Position numbers and translations under genes: made by a program. Of a stretch of DNA of 64,000 nucleotides, positions 11,251 through 24,979 are shown piece after piece (the first letter of the stretch is position 1; each line of letters begins with the position of its first letter). The stretch lies in assembly GCA_026026165.1 (NCBI GenBank), contig JAPEUD010000022.1, positions 186,001 to 250,000 of the forward strand, in the 5' to 3' direction. The notes under the pieces were generated by a model that worked only from the letters and a program-made list of their open reading frames with translations, was not told where the DNA came from and ran no database searches. This DNA comes from Sarea resinae (lineage: Eukaryota).

Positions 11251-14200
11251 TCAGACACCTGCACTACCATCGCGACCACCACCACCACCACCACCCATGC
11301 CAGCAGCACCGACCCCGTCAGCACCACCACTTGCACTACCACCAATACCACCACCAACGCCAGCAACACCAGCAGCTGCACTGCCCCACCGCCTCCTCGA
11401 TCTCGACCGCCGAGAACCACTCCCCGTAGACGGCAGGATCGGCGAGCCGTATTCGTCGTAGTAGATCTCTTGGCCTTGGCTCTGGTCCTGGTTCTGGTTC
11501 TGGTTCTGGTTCTGGTATTGTGCCTGCTGTGTCTGGGTTGGTTGTTGGGGCCGGAATTGTACTTGGGGCTGTGATTGTGGTTGTGGTTGGAGATGGGTTT
11601 CATTTTGGTTAGGGCTTGGGTACTGTGGCTGGTACTGTGGCTGTGCGTGGTTGGGAGGGGAATTTGTGGGAGGAATTATGTTGTTGTTGTTGAGGGGTGC
11701 ACCACCAACGGCTCTGGCGTTGGAACCGGACTCTGGGGGTTGGAACCGAGGTTGAGCTTGAAGCTGAGGTTGAAGCTGAACTTGAGGCTGTTGAGGCTGC
11801 GCAAAGTCTTGAGCTTGGCCTCCACCTGGGGCGTAACGTTGACCTTCGCTTTGAGCTTCACCTTGACCGTTCTCCGAGCCTAAGTTACCATCATCATACC
11901 CTCCCGCGCCGTCACCTGCCCCGCTCTTAGTACTACCCTTCCTCGACCCCTTACTTTTGACACGCTCAAGCCACGTCTTCTTCCTGCTCTTCAGGCGACT
12001 GACATTGAGATCGCCCTCGCCCTGATACCAGAGCGCCGGAACTAGCAGCCGGTACGGCGTCGTGATGCCCGCCGGATCGCGCTGACTGAGCTCGCAGTTG
12101 ATGGTGATGTCGAGGCCGTGCTCGAGGTCGATTTCCCCGTCGTGGTTGCCCTCGTCGTTCGGGTTGTTGTTGGGGTGGTTTGGGGAGGGGGGGAGCGCGG
12201 CGCCACCTCGTTGGGCGGCTTGCGTGCTGAGGTTTGTGGTGCGCCGCCGGAACGTGCGCGGTCTTTGATTTTGTTCGGCTTGAGGCTGGAACGGGGATTG
12301 AGATGGGAGAGAAGGTGAGGTTGTGGGGTCTGCGGTGGAAGTGTGGGTGTTTTGCTCTTGCTGCCCTTGCTGTTGTGAGAAGGCTGGCTGATATTGTTGT
12401 TGATGTTGTTGCCCTTGAGAGGAAGGTGGTTGGGGTTGGGCTCGTTGCTGCTGCGTAAACGTTGGCTGTTGTGAGGGTCTTGGACTTTGAACTGGAGCTG
12501 AACCGGACGCCGATGCTGGCGGTGGCGGGTAGTAAAAGTCTGTGCCCGCGGAAGGAGGCCGGCGGGTCTCGAGGCTGGACATAGGACGACCCATGTTGAC
12601 GTTGGCGTTGGCGTTGGCATTGTGAGAGGGAGGTGGACCCTGAGAGCGAGAGTTTCGGCGGAAGAGACCGGTTGGAATAAAGTCCCTGCGTGTGAGCGAC
12701 AGACTTCGGGTTATTCTACCCGTCGACTGCTGAGCTGGTTGTGGTGGCGTTGGTTCTTGTTGGATTTCCGGCGTGGACGGTCGCGGAGTTGCTGGCGGCG
12801 TCGTCCCAGGGTAGTACTCCCTGAGCGATGCCCAGTTTCGGCGAGGTAGCAGATGCCTGTTGTTACGTGGTTTGCCGTTCACGTCATGTGTGAACATGGG
12901 AATCATGTCTTCATCTGTTTCGTCGTCGAGGTGATGGACTTTGTTTCGTTTGTTGAGCGTGTCCGCCATCAATTCCGGTGGCGGCCTTTGGCGCAAGTTA
13001 ATAACACAACCTAAAGAAAAGGAGAAGCACAACATACGTGTTGACAATAGCCGACGATATGATATTCGGCATATACCGATTGTCGTGGTCTTTAGAAATC
13101 CCCAATTTGGGATTGGAATAGAACTGTCCCACAGCGGCAAGATGGACGTCGCCTCCGAGAATCGTAATGCGTACCGACTTCTCGGCAGCAAGCTCCTGCA
13201 ATTCTTGTATGAACCAATTCCTCTCTCTCTTGTGCTCTTTGGCCGTCCAGTGATCGTCCAGATCATCAAGGATCTCAACACCACCATCAAATTGATTCAG
13301 GAAACCTCCAAGAACACCAGTCCGACCCAAGGCTTTGACCGGGTCCATCAGCTTCGAGGTCAGTATGTTTTCCAGGAAATTGAGGCGCGGATATGCAATC
13401 GGCACACCTGATGACCTGTCAGTATCGCGTTCAAAGCTGTCGATCACACAGACTTACCGAGGAGGACGATGAGATGCTTCGTTTCTCCTTGAACGATTTC
13501 CCTATGAAGGCGATCGAATACAAGACGATAAGTATCCTCGCGCAGCACCTCATCTCTCTGCAGCCCTTGTTAGCTTGAACAGATAAGAAACTTCACGGGC
13601 CCTACCTTTCTCTCAGTACGGCAATCCAGACCGACAAATAACACCCTTTTCCCCAAAGACACACAGACACTCCTGCTCAATTCATGGATATATGGACCTG
13701 GAGAAGCTCCCAAAAGCCAGCTGGGCTCGTCGAGCTGATTTTCGTCAACGGCGCTCTGGTGCTGAAAGAGCATGTAGTATTTGAAAGCCACGGCGCCCAG
13801 GCCCGTGAAGACAGGAGAGCGCATGAAATGATCAGGATACGAGCCATATCCGTCGATGATGTCATCTGTGTTGTATCAGTACTGGATCCATATCAGAACA
13901 AGCTCGAGGACTCACGATCGTCCCATATATTGATCATGGGAATCTGACTATTCGCTAGACCAAACAATCCCTGAGAGAACCACATTGCGTATCTTTCTAG
14001 GTAGAATGAATCGAGCTCCTCTTGCATTTCTTGAGCGAATGGAGCGGAATGCTTGTGGAGGGGATTCTTGATGCTCAACCACTCTTTGAAATGCGTCGTG
14101 TCTCTCATGGCGGCATCATTGTAGATCTGATCTCCGCCGCCAATCATGACATGGAATGGCCGTGTTTGATGTGAATTCAAAACGTCTCTATGAAAAACAT

Positions 14201-16981
14201 TTTGTCAGCTATCGACTTGAAAGACAAAGTATTCGGAACAAACCTCCAAAGTGGATCGGGACCAGAGAAATCATTCGGATTGACACTAAGGCTGAATCCG
14301 TTGCAGCTATGGAACATGATATTCATCGTCTGTCCCCGAGCTGGGACCCAAAAGCCGATTGCCTGTTGGATTTTAGATTAGCAACGAGATTATATGGAGC
14401 AGCATTTGAGACTCACAGGCCCACGGTTGATACGATAGCCTATTCTGGTCTCACGCTTTCCAAGTTCAACCTCGATGTTAAATCGCCAGAAGGTAAAGCC
14501 TCTCTCCGCATGTATCCGCGTGCCCTTTACCTCCCTGTACTTGCCTAGCCTCTCGCCGTCTTTCTTGTTGACTCTCCTTTGGCCGTGCCGTGGAGATGCT
14601 GGATTGGAGGTCCCATCATATTCACTGGAACTGTTTGGCTGTGGAGGGCTCGTTCTGTCCTCATATAGTCCTTCGTTGGTCTCCAATCGAGAAAAGTCAA
14701 GTTCTCCTTCGACGTCTTCGACTGGCCTTACGAAAAGAGTCTTCCCAGTGCGAGAGCATTTCGGAAGACCGGCAATCGGATCCACGTATTCTGGCGCGAG
14801 CTGTTGGCCACTTGCTCCATCAAATTGAGTCGGCGGCGGGGGAAGGAGATCCATCGGCTGAGCAAATAACCTTAGAGTAGGTACAGCGCTATAAGATGAA
14901 TAAGTATCCTCGGTGACTATCATCACGCTGCCTCTCCAAATTTCATGTTCCCTTGCAGAGTCTCTGCTGCGAGAAGCAGAACGGGAGGGATTTTCGGTCT
15001 TGATTCCGGTGTAGCGTAACAACGGACCACACCTAAGGTAGAGTTGTGGATTAAACTGTGTTGGGCCAGTCCCGTCATCGGCACCATCAACAGCGTTGGG
15101 CCCTTCGGTACCAGCGGTGCTATTACGACGTCGACCAGATCCACCCTTCTCCCACCAGGCTTTTTTGCCTTCCTGAGTTTTGACCTCCAAATCAAGGTCG
15201 GATTCCAGTAGTCTTGCTGTGCTAGCATTTCTCCATTCATCAAGTCGCGGAGACGGTTGGTATTCTCGGGCTTCTACATCTTTTGTCTGCCTGGCTCGCG
15301 GACGGAGAAACGTCGAAAGGCGACGATGCTGACGTTGATCATCCGGAGATTGGCCTTCGGAGTTGATTCCGTCACCTGTCTCTGATTCTCCCCTCGCAGA
15401 TTGCCCACTCGCAGTCTGCGTTGGCAGATCATATCTTGGGACTTTTGCCAGTCTGTTTTGTCCGGCGCCGGGAGGACCATTGTCTCCAGTCATACCGCGA
15501 GGTCCAGGTTGATATTCGCTATTAGAAGAGCCAGAACGATTGTTGTAAGATCCCTTTTGCCCTCTTGGATCCTGTTTCCCCCCCTGATTGCCCATCAAAG
15601 GCTGGCGACTGTTGGCCGGTCCTTGCGCCCCCGCGGGGTTCGGATACGAGGCAGCTCCGTTTGGCCCAGGGCCTCTGTTGTAAGTAGTGAGGCCACCGCC
15701 TGGAATGCCACCGCTGGCCACTCTACCGGCATACGCAGCTGGGTCCCAGTATCGCTGATTGTTAATTCTAGGGTCACTTCCGTAAGCGGCCGATGTCCCT
15801 CTCAAACCAGTCGCGTCGTAACTTTCAGGGTCCTGCAGGTATTGCTGTTCCTGGTAACTAAAGTTTCCCACATCCGCATTCGATGGTAAAACTGGCTTTT
15901 TCGATTCAACAGTCGTGCTCCGTTGCAGTCGCTCTTTTTGCTTGTCGCTAAAGCTCCTGACCAGTCCTGCCTCTGCAAGGTTTCTCGGTTCTAAGGAACG
16001 ATCAACTGAGGCAGGAGGACCCCCCGAAGCTGCTCTCCTCTTGGCTCGTTGGCCACCTCGACCGGCTCTAGACTCTCGATTCACAAGTTCTGCCTCCTCC
16101 ACCCGCGCTCTTTTCTCTTCTTTGCTGATGTCATTCAATGTGATCTCAAGCTTCTGCAAAGGTGATCGATCAGGTGCCCAATCGCGTTTTTGCTGCGCTG
16201 ATTGGTCTACAGGGCTTTGTCCATTTTGTGTGTTCGATCGGGAGGGTGGTGATGCAGTCGAGCTACGAGGGAAATTTAATGGCGACGTCGCTCCTTGAGG
16301 GGGGGATGTGGGGTAATCATTCGAGGCAGAGGAGGATGCGGGGACTGGCTGTTCGTAATGAGGATAATTTAGAGGCCCTGCATTGCTTCCGCTCCTAGGC
16401 CGTTGTTGAGCTCCCGCCTGATTGGCTGCTGCTGCACGGCCCGCGTATGGATTGTTTGAACCTGCTGCATCCCAGCCACCAGGCAAAGAGCCTGCACGAG
16501 CCGAGTAAGGCCTTCTATAACCCTGAGGTGGCACCAGCGCTGGTGATGCTCTGTGGGGCCCTCTATAAGATACGGGTGGCGGAGCTCGCGGCGCATCGGG
16601 CACTTCGGGTGGTGGGTCTGCTTTAGGTGGGTCGGGTGGAAGAGGCTTTTCGTTCGCGGCACTCTGGCTTCCTGAGCTCTCTCTGTGACTTCGGGAGCTG
16701 GGTCTCCCCGTGTGCGTCCCGTCTTGCGGTCCCCCGGAAGGGTATGATGGGGGCCGAGGCGCAAGGCCGCCATCTTCGGGGAAATTTGGAGATATTGGAG
16801 ACTGGAATGGGCTGACGGTTGATATCGATGGGTCGCGATAGTCCAGAGACCTTCTATAGGAATTCCGCTGGGGATTAAAACTGCTCGACGGAGTCTCTAA
16901 TGGCGGAGGAGCTCGACGATATCCTCCAGGTGCGGCAGTGGGGGCGCCTGCGCCTGTGCCTGTGGAGTGTAGTTGCTCCAT
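11251..16981 (-). CDS. Large PhoD-like metallophosphatase-domain protein with disordered Pro/Gln-rich termini
   Basis: Six exons (introns 14363-14416, 14188-14243, 13866-13915, 13558-13605, 12986-13037); motifs MFHSCNGFS, IGGGDQIYND, IWDDHDIIDGYGSYP, ILGGDVHLAA, IISSAIVN. Confidence 0.85.
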
Positions 16982-18559
16982 ACGCAATGCCTATGAGGTA
17001 TATCTTGCTGCAAGTGCAAGTCGGCGGTGATGCTAGAAGTAGTTGCGATGCGATGGTGGTGGCCTAGAATGAATCCACGATGAGAATGCGACGTCTTTTT
17101 GGGCAGCAGGGATCTGAATAGATGAATTTCATTGCAGACCTCAATTTCTTCCTATGCAAAAGGCCAGGAGGAAGATCAATTGCATTCACCAGAAGTGCGA
17201 CGTTCAGCGCACTTGATAGCCAAGTCAGCCCTTCTCAATAAATCGAGCTGTGCGGGACAGTCACAGGTAGGTATTCGTACAGCAAAGCGTCGACAAGTCA
17301 CAGCGAATCAGACGCTCGAACGCGAACCAGAACGAGCTCGAGAAGTCAAAGAACAAAAACTGTGCAGCAACAAACGCGCATTGACGGCAATTGATCCTCG
17401 CAATGTAGAAATTCAAGCGCTCTCGAATGCGGCACGAACGAGTTGAGAATCATGAGAGGAGCAACGAGAGCGAGGATGCTGGATGCAGTTGAGGCCCGAC
17501 AGACGACTCTCTCTGTGCCTCTCTCTCTCTCTCCCTCTTGACTCTTGAGTAACCTCCCGTCTGCATCGGCAAGGTTGCTTTGGGCCAGTGATCGTCATTC
17601 GTCTCCAACTTTTTCTGAGGTGGCTGGGCGTGCCGCTACCTCCACGAATCATCGGCCACGACGCCGACGGGAGACGTGCAGCTCCCGAGGTATTGCAGAT
17701 ATAGATCAGAGCTATTCTGATATTATTCAGACATACGATCCGGATTCCGTAGGACTGTTCCGACGCTCGTCCCTCTCTTTTTCGAAGAGAGATTCGATGC
17801 TTAGGATGATCTGGCATCCCTGCTCATCCCTGGCTCAGTCCATTGCGGGTAGAGACGAGAGCCCAAACCCACTCGACGTAGTAGAGGACCGGGCCCCCGG
17901 GTACGCCTAAGGTGAGTGCTGGGCGTTCCTGGACACAGTCACATTGTTCGCCATCAGACAACAGTCTTGATGAGCATGGTGAAGTTCTGGATGCGATGCT
18001 TGAGGTATGAACGAAAGCAGGAGCCGAGTTCACTTAAAATGCATTCGAGCAGTGTTGTGGCCCGCAAGCGCTGATTGAGATTTGCACCTGGGCATTCAAT
18101 TCCAGATACAGCTGACTCAAACCCATCCACGTCACATCAGCCTAAAGACAACGTTGACTATCTGGAGAGTGACTTCTAAATTCTGACTTCCAAATTCCGA
18201 GCAGTCAACACAATAATAATCAATCAGCAAACACTGCCTTGACGCTCTCCACCTCGGTTTAACATCGCATGCGACTTGGTATGAAGTACTCCAAGGCATG
18301 GGATGCAGAGTCTCAATCCGTGAACTAGCATGGGGTATCAATACATCCTGTCCCTCAGAACACAACACTCAGACTCCCTAATACATGACAAGGCATTCCT
18401 GGGAGATCCCAAACGCCCCGTTGATCCTATCCCGCGCAATCTATGCTCTGCCCTGCGCCGCCAATTGAAATCAATACGACACCCTCGCGCCGTGCTCAAT
18501 GCATCCCTATGAGTCCCCATACTCGATTTTGACGGATCCCTAGAAGCATGTATTGATGC

Positions 18560-19408
18560 TCAGTCCCTGCCATAGCTGATCTTCAGTCTCTTGGTTGCCT
18601 TTCCCTCTCCCTCCGTATCTTCGCTCTTTTCCACATTTGCCGCCGCAGCCGCCGCCGCCGCACCAGCGGCGCTCTTTTTATTCTTCTTACTAGCTGCACC
18701 GCCCGTCGCCTTGCCCGTGCCGGTGGAATTTGTAGGTGTGCCAGCGCCTGTGGGGGTTGCAGTATGAGAGGGGGTGGAATGGGGGCCCGATGGAGCCGGT
18801 GAGTCCTGTACATGGGCATTTAATCAGCACCTCTCTCAGAATACAAATACGCCAAATCGTCCATGCCATCCAATCCCATGATTCTGAGATGGAGGAAGAA
18901 TACGCACCCGCATGAACCCGACAGAGCTGCGACTGAAGATTCGATCTACGTCCGTCACGCCACCTCTCTTTCGCCCGTTTGCAGCGGCTGCACCTCCAGC
19001 CCCACCACCGCCGCCAGATGTCGTAGAGCCTTTGATGTAGTTATCGAAGCCCTTGATGATATTACCGGCGCCATTCGTTTCTTCGAGATACGACGTTTCA
19101 AGGCGATAGATGCTGTCTTCGAGGGAGGCCTTTGAGTAGAGGGGATATGAATTAGTCCCGTAATCGTAGAAGGAATTGACAAGCAATTCAAAGTATACTA
19201 CAGTAATATAGAGATGCGAGGGGGTAGCGTGGGAATGTACCAGATTCTTGTCTAGCAATCTCTTCTTCTGTAACGTCTCGCGCAGATCTCGTCGCAGCTT
19301 TTCGTAGTATGGCAGACCGCGGGTTGCGTCCGAGTTGGGATTTGTTGAAGCCAAGGCCGAGGCCGCGGTCGCAGCATTCGGTGCACCAGGTCCAATGTTC
19401 TCGGCCAT
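18560..19408 (-). CDS. EAF6: NuA4 histone acetyltransferase subunit Eaf6
   Basis: Introns 19130-19240 and 18806-18907; GLPYYEKLRRDLRETLQKKRLLDKNL, IYRLETSYLEET, GNIIKGFDNYIK, DRIFSRSS; ends KRLKISYGRD. Confidence 0.92.
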
Positions 19409-19783
19409 GGTCCGTATGTGTTCTTTTGCAGGTCCGAACGAGTGGGATGATGATCGACGAACTGAATTCAAATGAATCGTCGACGTTACGTGATCTCAAG
19501 CAACTGTTATCCAACTACTTTAGGTACTGATAGATTGGTGGGCTTGAGGTGAGCTGGGCGCGATTCGATAGATAGCACGAGAGCACGTGACTCATTATCA
19601 AAGATGCGGAATTACGATCGGAACGTTAAAATACTATCATGCCTTTGTACATGGTATACGGTATTATCATCGAGGTGAATATAAGTTTGGGCAGATTAAT
19701 CATGTTCCATTACGACATCTAACGCGTTGAGACCCTGGAGGTAAAGTTACGAACGGAGAAGGCGCTGAAGAAAAGATAGCCAA

Positions 19784-21587
19784 TCAATGAGCCTCGCCGG
19801 TCGCAGCGCCGCTTGTTTTTCGCATTGCTATGATACGCTCACGCAATAGCTTCTCTCTTAATTTATTTGCCGTATTCAAACGTCGTGCCGAAGTCGTCTG
19901 GAGAACTCGGAGGGTCAGTGTTATACAGCCGACAGTCATACCTAGGGGTTCAAACGTATTAGAATATTAACCCAGTCACTTAGAATTGCCGAAGGTCTGA
20001 CCCACCTCTTTCATTTCAACTTCTCGCCGGGCGTCATCTATCTTCTGAGAAGATCCTTTCGGGGCTGGCCTGCTCTCTTCATCCGAGAAAGAATCAGCCT
20101 TCTTGCGTCGCTGATCTGGAGAAGAAGAGATGGAAGAAGTATTTCTCCTTCTTCTACCGACAGGCTCATATCTTGCAATAGAGTGGTGTCGTTTCCTTCC
20201 CCGCTCCTTGCGTCGATCTCTGCTTCGACTCCTGCTTCGGCTTGGACTGAGATCCGTGCGTCGGTATCGATCTCTGCTCTGATTGGGACGCCGGTCATAG
20301 TCACGTTGTCGTTCCTTGCGAGCATCAGCGCGTGCATCATCCGCGTCAACATTAGTGTAGGAGGGTGATCTTCTAGTCTTTTCGGACTTGCCGTATCGCT
20401 CCCGCCTCGGGCTCAGAGAACGAGAATGCGATCTCTTTGATACAGAGGAATATCTGCGACGGTGTGTCCTAGACGTCGGGGGCGGGGAAGGGCTGCGGGA
20501 AGAGCTGGATGGGGATCTCCTTCGGGAGTATCTCTTCGGTAGGGGTGATAGAGAGTGGCGAGCACTAAAGGATCTTGCTCGGACGTCTTCACGGTCCGGA
20601 GTCCTCCCTCGGCGAGCGGTGCGTGCTGCTTTTCGAGGAGGCGAACGAGATCTGCTGGGGGAGTATCTGCGCCTCCTAGATCTTGGCTCGTCGTAGTCCC
20701 TTCGTCGTGGGGGTGAAGCAGAACGCGACCTAGAGCGTGACAGAGATTTTGATAACGGTGAACGGCGATGCCTATCATCTTGCCAACGTCCTCCTCGGCC
20801 ACCAGAGGGTACGTACGTATCCATCTCCCTCCTTGGAGGAGGCCCTCTGTTGCCGTTCCTAGAGAACGAGCCGCGGCGTCTAGGAGGTGGAGATCGAGAA
20901 TCGCGACGAGGACCACGATCGAAATCTCGTCCACCGCGACCACCTCGACCTCGACCTCGACCACGTTCGCCGCGTTCACGCTGCCGAATATTGTCTATGT
21001 CTCGATCACGAGTTCTCTCTTGCTCGCGACGCCGGCGCGCTTCTTCGGCAGCTTTCTCTGCTTCGATCTGTTGAGAAGTCAGAATGGACCTTGGTCTTCA
21101 GACTGTCGCCAAGATTACCTTCTCCTGTATCAGTTCCAACTTCTTTGCCTCCAGCAGCTCTTTGGGCACCCCCTGCGGGTTCGACTGGGCACTGAGACAA
21201 AGATTCCAGAGCTCCTTACAGAACTTGGCTGTGTCCTTGTCGAGAAACCCCGTAAGCTGTATTTGGAGTACTTTGATATTTGGCTGCCAGCAGTCAGCAC
21301 GATATCATAGGATAAGGGCGCTGGTGGGGTGTACAAAGCGCGCTCCTTCAAGCAAGTTGAAGCATAGTTCAATGACAACATCATCTTCGTTACCCAGGAT
21401 CTCTGATATCTTGCCAGCAATCCACCTGCAGACAAAAATTCGTCAGTCGTCGGGTCGCAGGAGCGTTGCTTGAGTTCACGTACTTCTTCATCACTTCAAT
21501 ATTGACCTTCTGCATGTCAACCTTCTGATTGAACTCCGGAGGGAACTTGGTCTGCTTCAGCAGCTTTGCATCGACACTGCTCGCCAT
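19784..21587 (-). CDS. PWI-domain SR-rich splicing factor (SRm160/SRRM1-like)
   Basis: Starts MASSVDAKLLKQTKFPPEFNQKVDMQKVNIEVMKKWIAGKISEILGNEDDVVIE (PWI) then a long RS region; introns 21426-21483, 21284-21334, 21068-21118, 19898-20005; last exon encodes ANKLREKLLRERIIAMRK. Confidence 0.9.
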
Positions 21588-23411
21588 GATGCCCTAAACC
21601 CCGAAAGGACGAAAGAGTCCGAGCGCTGACTTCAGAACTGGAAGTCGTGATAGAGCGTCACGTCTGTCAAACTGCCCAAATTGAAGAGACGATCCACGAA
21701 CGTACCTGAATTGAATAGGTAGTCGAGCTCCAGCTACGAAGCAACAAGTACCAAATACGCGGTACGTCAAGCGGCTCATGCCAATCGTTCCTGCCAACGT
21801 ACTCCCATGAATCGAGCTTCCGAGCTGCGGGTAACCCCACAACAGCAACAACGACTCGTCTGTTTTCTCTGCCTCACTCGAGGAAGGCATTGATGAGGAT
21901 CAACAGCTGATTTCGAGCAAAACCGGTCTTAACAAATTAAGTTTGACTAGAGGGTCTTATCTCTGCAGTTGAGACTAACAAAAACCAAGTATTGTAGTCG
22001 TCGAGCAATACAAGCATTAGATGATTATGTCATGCTCGGAATTGAGACGGTATCTAACTCGAAATGGAGGACCTGAGGCTCGTAGGCCCATACATAGGTG
22101 CTTTATATTACAAGTTGTATCATCAGCACATGAAGGTACACTGAATAGTTCAATAGAATAGTTACAGAATAGATTATAATCTGTGATCTTTTTACACCAT
22201 ATGGTTCGTATGATTGAACAAGCTAGGTATCAGATAGTTCCGCTCACCAGCTCACAAAATACCCACTTCATATTTATATCCTTATGCAGATATATTTCAA
22301 GTATGGACAAAAAACTTGAGTTCTTGCACCCGAGAAGGGCCCATCTATATCTGAAGAGAAGTAAACATATCACTTTGAGCATTAACCTAAAGCCAATTAT
22401 GCTCATCAAAAGGGGCAAGATCCACTCGAGGCAGAGTGGATAGGTGGCCAGATCGTATTGGTGTTTGCGGTGTTTGCATTGGCTCTTGCATTGGCCCGAC
22501 TTCTTGTGCGCCGTCTGCCTTCGTAAAGCAGCTTGAAGGCCTTCCCCAAGGAGGCATTCACCTAATGGATCGAGTCTCGCTCCTCCACAGAACATTGCCA
22601 TAGCACTGTGCTGTGACGTAAACATATCACACTAAGGTAAGAACAACAAGAACAACAACACCGATCTTCTTATCTCTGAGACGATTGCCGCCGTTCCACT
22701 CTGTTGAAGTGGCTTCGATGGGGAAGGTATGGGCTGGTCGCCTCGCGTTCAGGGAAGAAGGTGATCCTGCCGAAAATGGCAAGCTGTATGCTCCGCGGGT
22801 ATCCAGTCTTCCATGGCTTCCGCTTCAAGCACGGCCTCGCCTTCCTGCCTCAAAACACGCTGGTCACAGACACGTCCTCACGTCTTCTCCCAGTGATCTT
22901 AGCGAAGTCGATCAGGTATTTAAAACGATTGACCGCGCCCGAGTCCTGTCTTCTCTTCTCTCTCTCTTCACAACTCCCATCACCCTTTCATCACGACAAA
23001 CCCCTTTCTTTTCTTCTTCGTTCTTCATCTTCGCAGAAACGTTTCAAAAACATTTCGACCATCGTACTGTGAAGATCAATAACTTCTTCTGAACTCAAGC
23101 CAAGAGAAGCAAAGATTGGTCGCTTTCGTACTTCGTCGCTGTCATCTTGCAAGTCAAGGTACGCGTCCCTTTCATAACAAATCAATCGACACGCATCCAC
23201 ATACTAATACCAGCATTAGTTTGCCCTTTCTCATCCAGCTGGTGTATCAACGCGTCGGGTCCAAACAGTTTAGAGCAATTCCACTGATCTGTAAGCAAGC
23301 AACCCTGCTATTCCCCTTGACATCAACAGACATTATCAGCACGGTCATTATCAGCGTAGCTCATTATATCTGATCAATGTCGCTAACCTTTATAATTTTA
23401 GGTCGCCGACC

Positions 23412-24710
23412 ATGGGACGACGATTCTTCAAAAATTGGCGATGGAACGTGCTCAAAGTCGTCAATTTTTCGTCCACCAAGAAGCCAGAGTCTCTCAGGAA
23501 CGTTCAGCGGGAGCCGCTTCATAACCCAGGACCGACCGACGCAAGCAACGAAGCCCCACCATCGGATATCGCATCTGTGGAGCCGACGGTCAGATCCAAT
23601 CATGACGATGATTTGTCGCCAGAGACTGCATTGCCCATGCTGAATCCAGAGATATCATTGATGGATCATGGCGTAACAGTTGCGGAGCCAGCTGTACCAG
23701 CAGAAGCTCAAGCCATCAGCGAGCATGCCAATCAATCTACGGCGGTTGTTACTGCGTATGCACCAATCGAAACCGTAGAGGCCGGGCCTTCAAGAGCCGC
23801 ACCAGAAACGCGAGACCGGGAAGAATACGTGGCATCGTTTTCAGAGTCGTGCTCCAGTCTGGATCGCTTGATGGCCCCGAACCAGCTGAACATCTTCCTC
23901 AAGGGTCCACAAGCCCGCGAGAGCATCATGCAGGACTTTCTGGACATGGATCAAGCTCGCGAAAGAGCTGTCAGTGGGTCATCTCGAGAAATTTTGAAAA
24001 ATCCTTTCCAGATCGGGTTGCAACATGATGAGGATCATATGCATGTCGCCGCCCTAAAGGCAATCGCCGCGAACAACCAGGTCGCTGCCCGCAAGCCAAG
24101 CGTGGCAATGGTGTCCTCTTCGGCAAAGCCGAATACACCAACTCAAGGCAAGAGCGACTTGCCAGAACGCCGCTCTTCATCGGTCTATGAGCTGATGAAG
24201 TTTTTTGAGCCTCAAGTCAATAGGACAGAGGCGAGGAGAGTCTCGTTCGCGAGCTCTATCAAAAGCTCGGCCTCAACGGCCATCACGCGGAAAGAGCCCG
24301 TGATTGTCGAGGGGGGATTGTTCTGGGCACCGCCCGGACCTAGGAGATCCATCTCCTCCACGAGGGATGGATCAAATGTCGACGCACGAAAGGGTTCGAC
24401 ATCTCAAGCAAGTCCTCAAGTCGTAGTTACGACGGAAGACCAGCCCTCTCGGTGCGAGGCTACGGTCGAAACTGATCCGACGAGCAACTCCCGCCAATCG
24501 AGCTCGCAGGAAGATGATATTGTTGCTATTGCAGCAAATCATACCGAGCCAGTGAAGGCAAAGTCCGGAGCGGCTCTCCGCAAAACGTTTCGTAAAGTTC
24601 GAAACTTCGTGTTGGGCAGAAAGTCATCCGAGCACAAGCAATCGGGAACTAATGCCAACAAGGCAGTGGAGGCTCTTCGAAAGCTCAGCAAAGTCAAAGT
24701 TCGCCGCTGA
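23412..24710 (+). CDS. Hypothetical 432-aa protein, Ser-rich, probably disordered
   Basis: Uninterrupted ATG-initiated ORF of 1.3 kb filling an intergenic gap; no recognisable domain. Confidence 0.65.
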   Translation: MGRRFFKNWRWNVLKVVNFSSTKKPESLRNVQREPLHNPGPTDASNEAPPSDIASVEPTVRSNHDDDLSPETALPMLNPEISLMDHGVTVAEPAVPAEAQAISEHANQSTAVVTAYAPIETVEAGPSRAAPETRDREEYVASFSESCSSLDRLMAPNQLNIFLKGPQARESIMQDFLDMDQARERAVSGSSREILKNPFQIGLQHDEDHMHVAALKAIAANNQVAARKPSVAMVSSSAKPNTPTQGKSDLPERRSSSVYELMKFFEPQVNRTEARRVSFASSIKSSASTAITRKEPVIVEGGLFWAPPGPRRSISSTRDGSNVDARKGSTSQASPQVVVTTEDQPSRCEATVETDPTSNSRQSSSQEDDIVAIAANHTEPVKAKSGAALRKTFRKVRNFVLGRKSSEHKQSGTNANKAVEALRKLSKVKVRR

Positions 24711-24979
24711 AGGGTCGGCTTCTGGATGGTGACGTTTGTATAAGCGTGTCCTGAAAGCTGGCTTTGGTTTGTCTTGGTTTAACCGTCACTCATTTCTGAG
24801 TATAAGCTATTGGAAGCGATTTGGCTTGGTTCCCTTCTCAGGATTGGTCAACCTGGCTCGTCGCCTGGAAACATTGGTGATTGGATGCGTTCGATTGAAA
24901 CCTGTCGGTTGGTTCTGTTTTGCTCGTTGGAAGCGTTTCGTCTATGATTATACTGCCTTTCTGTTCTTTTAATCGAGCA

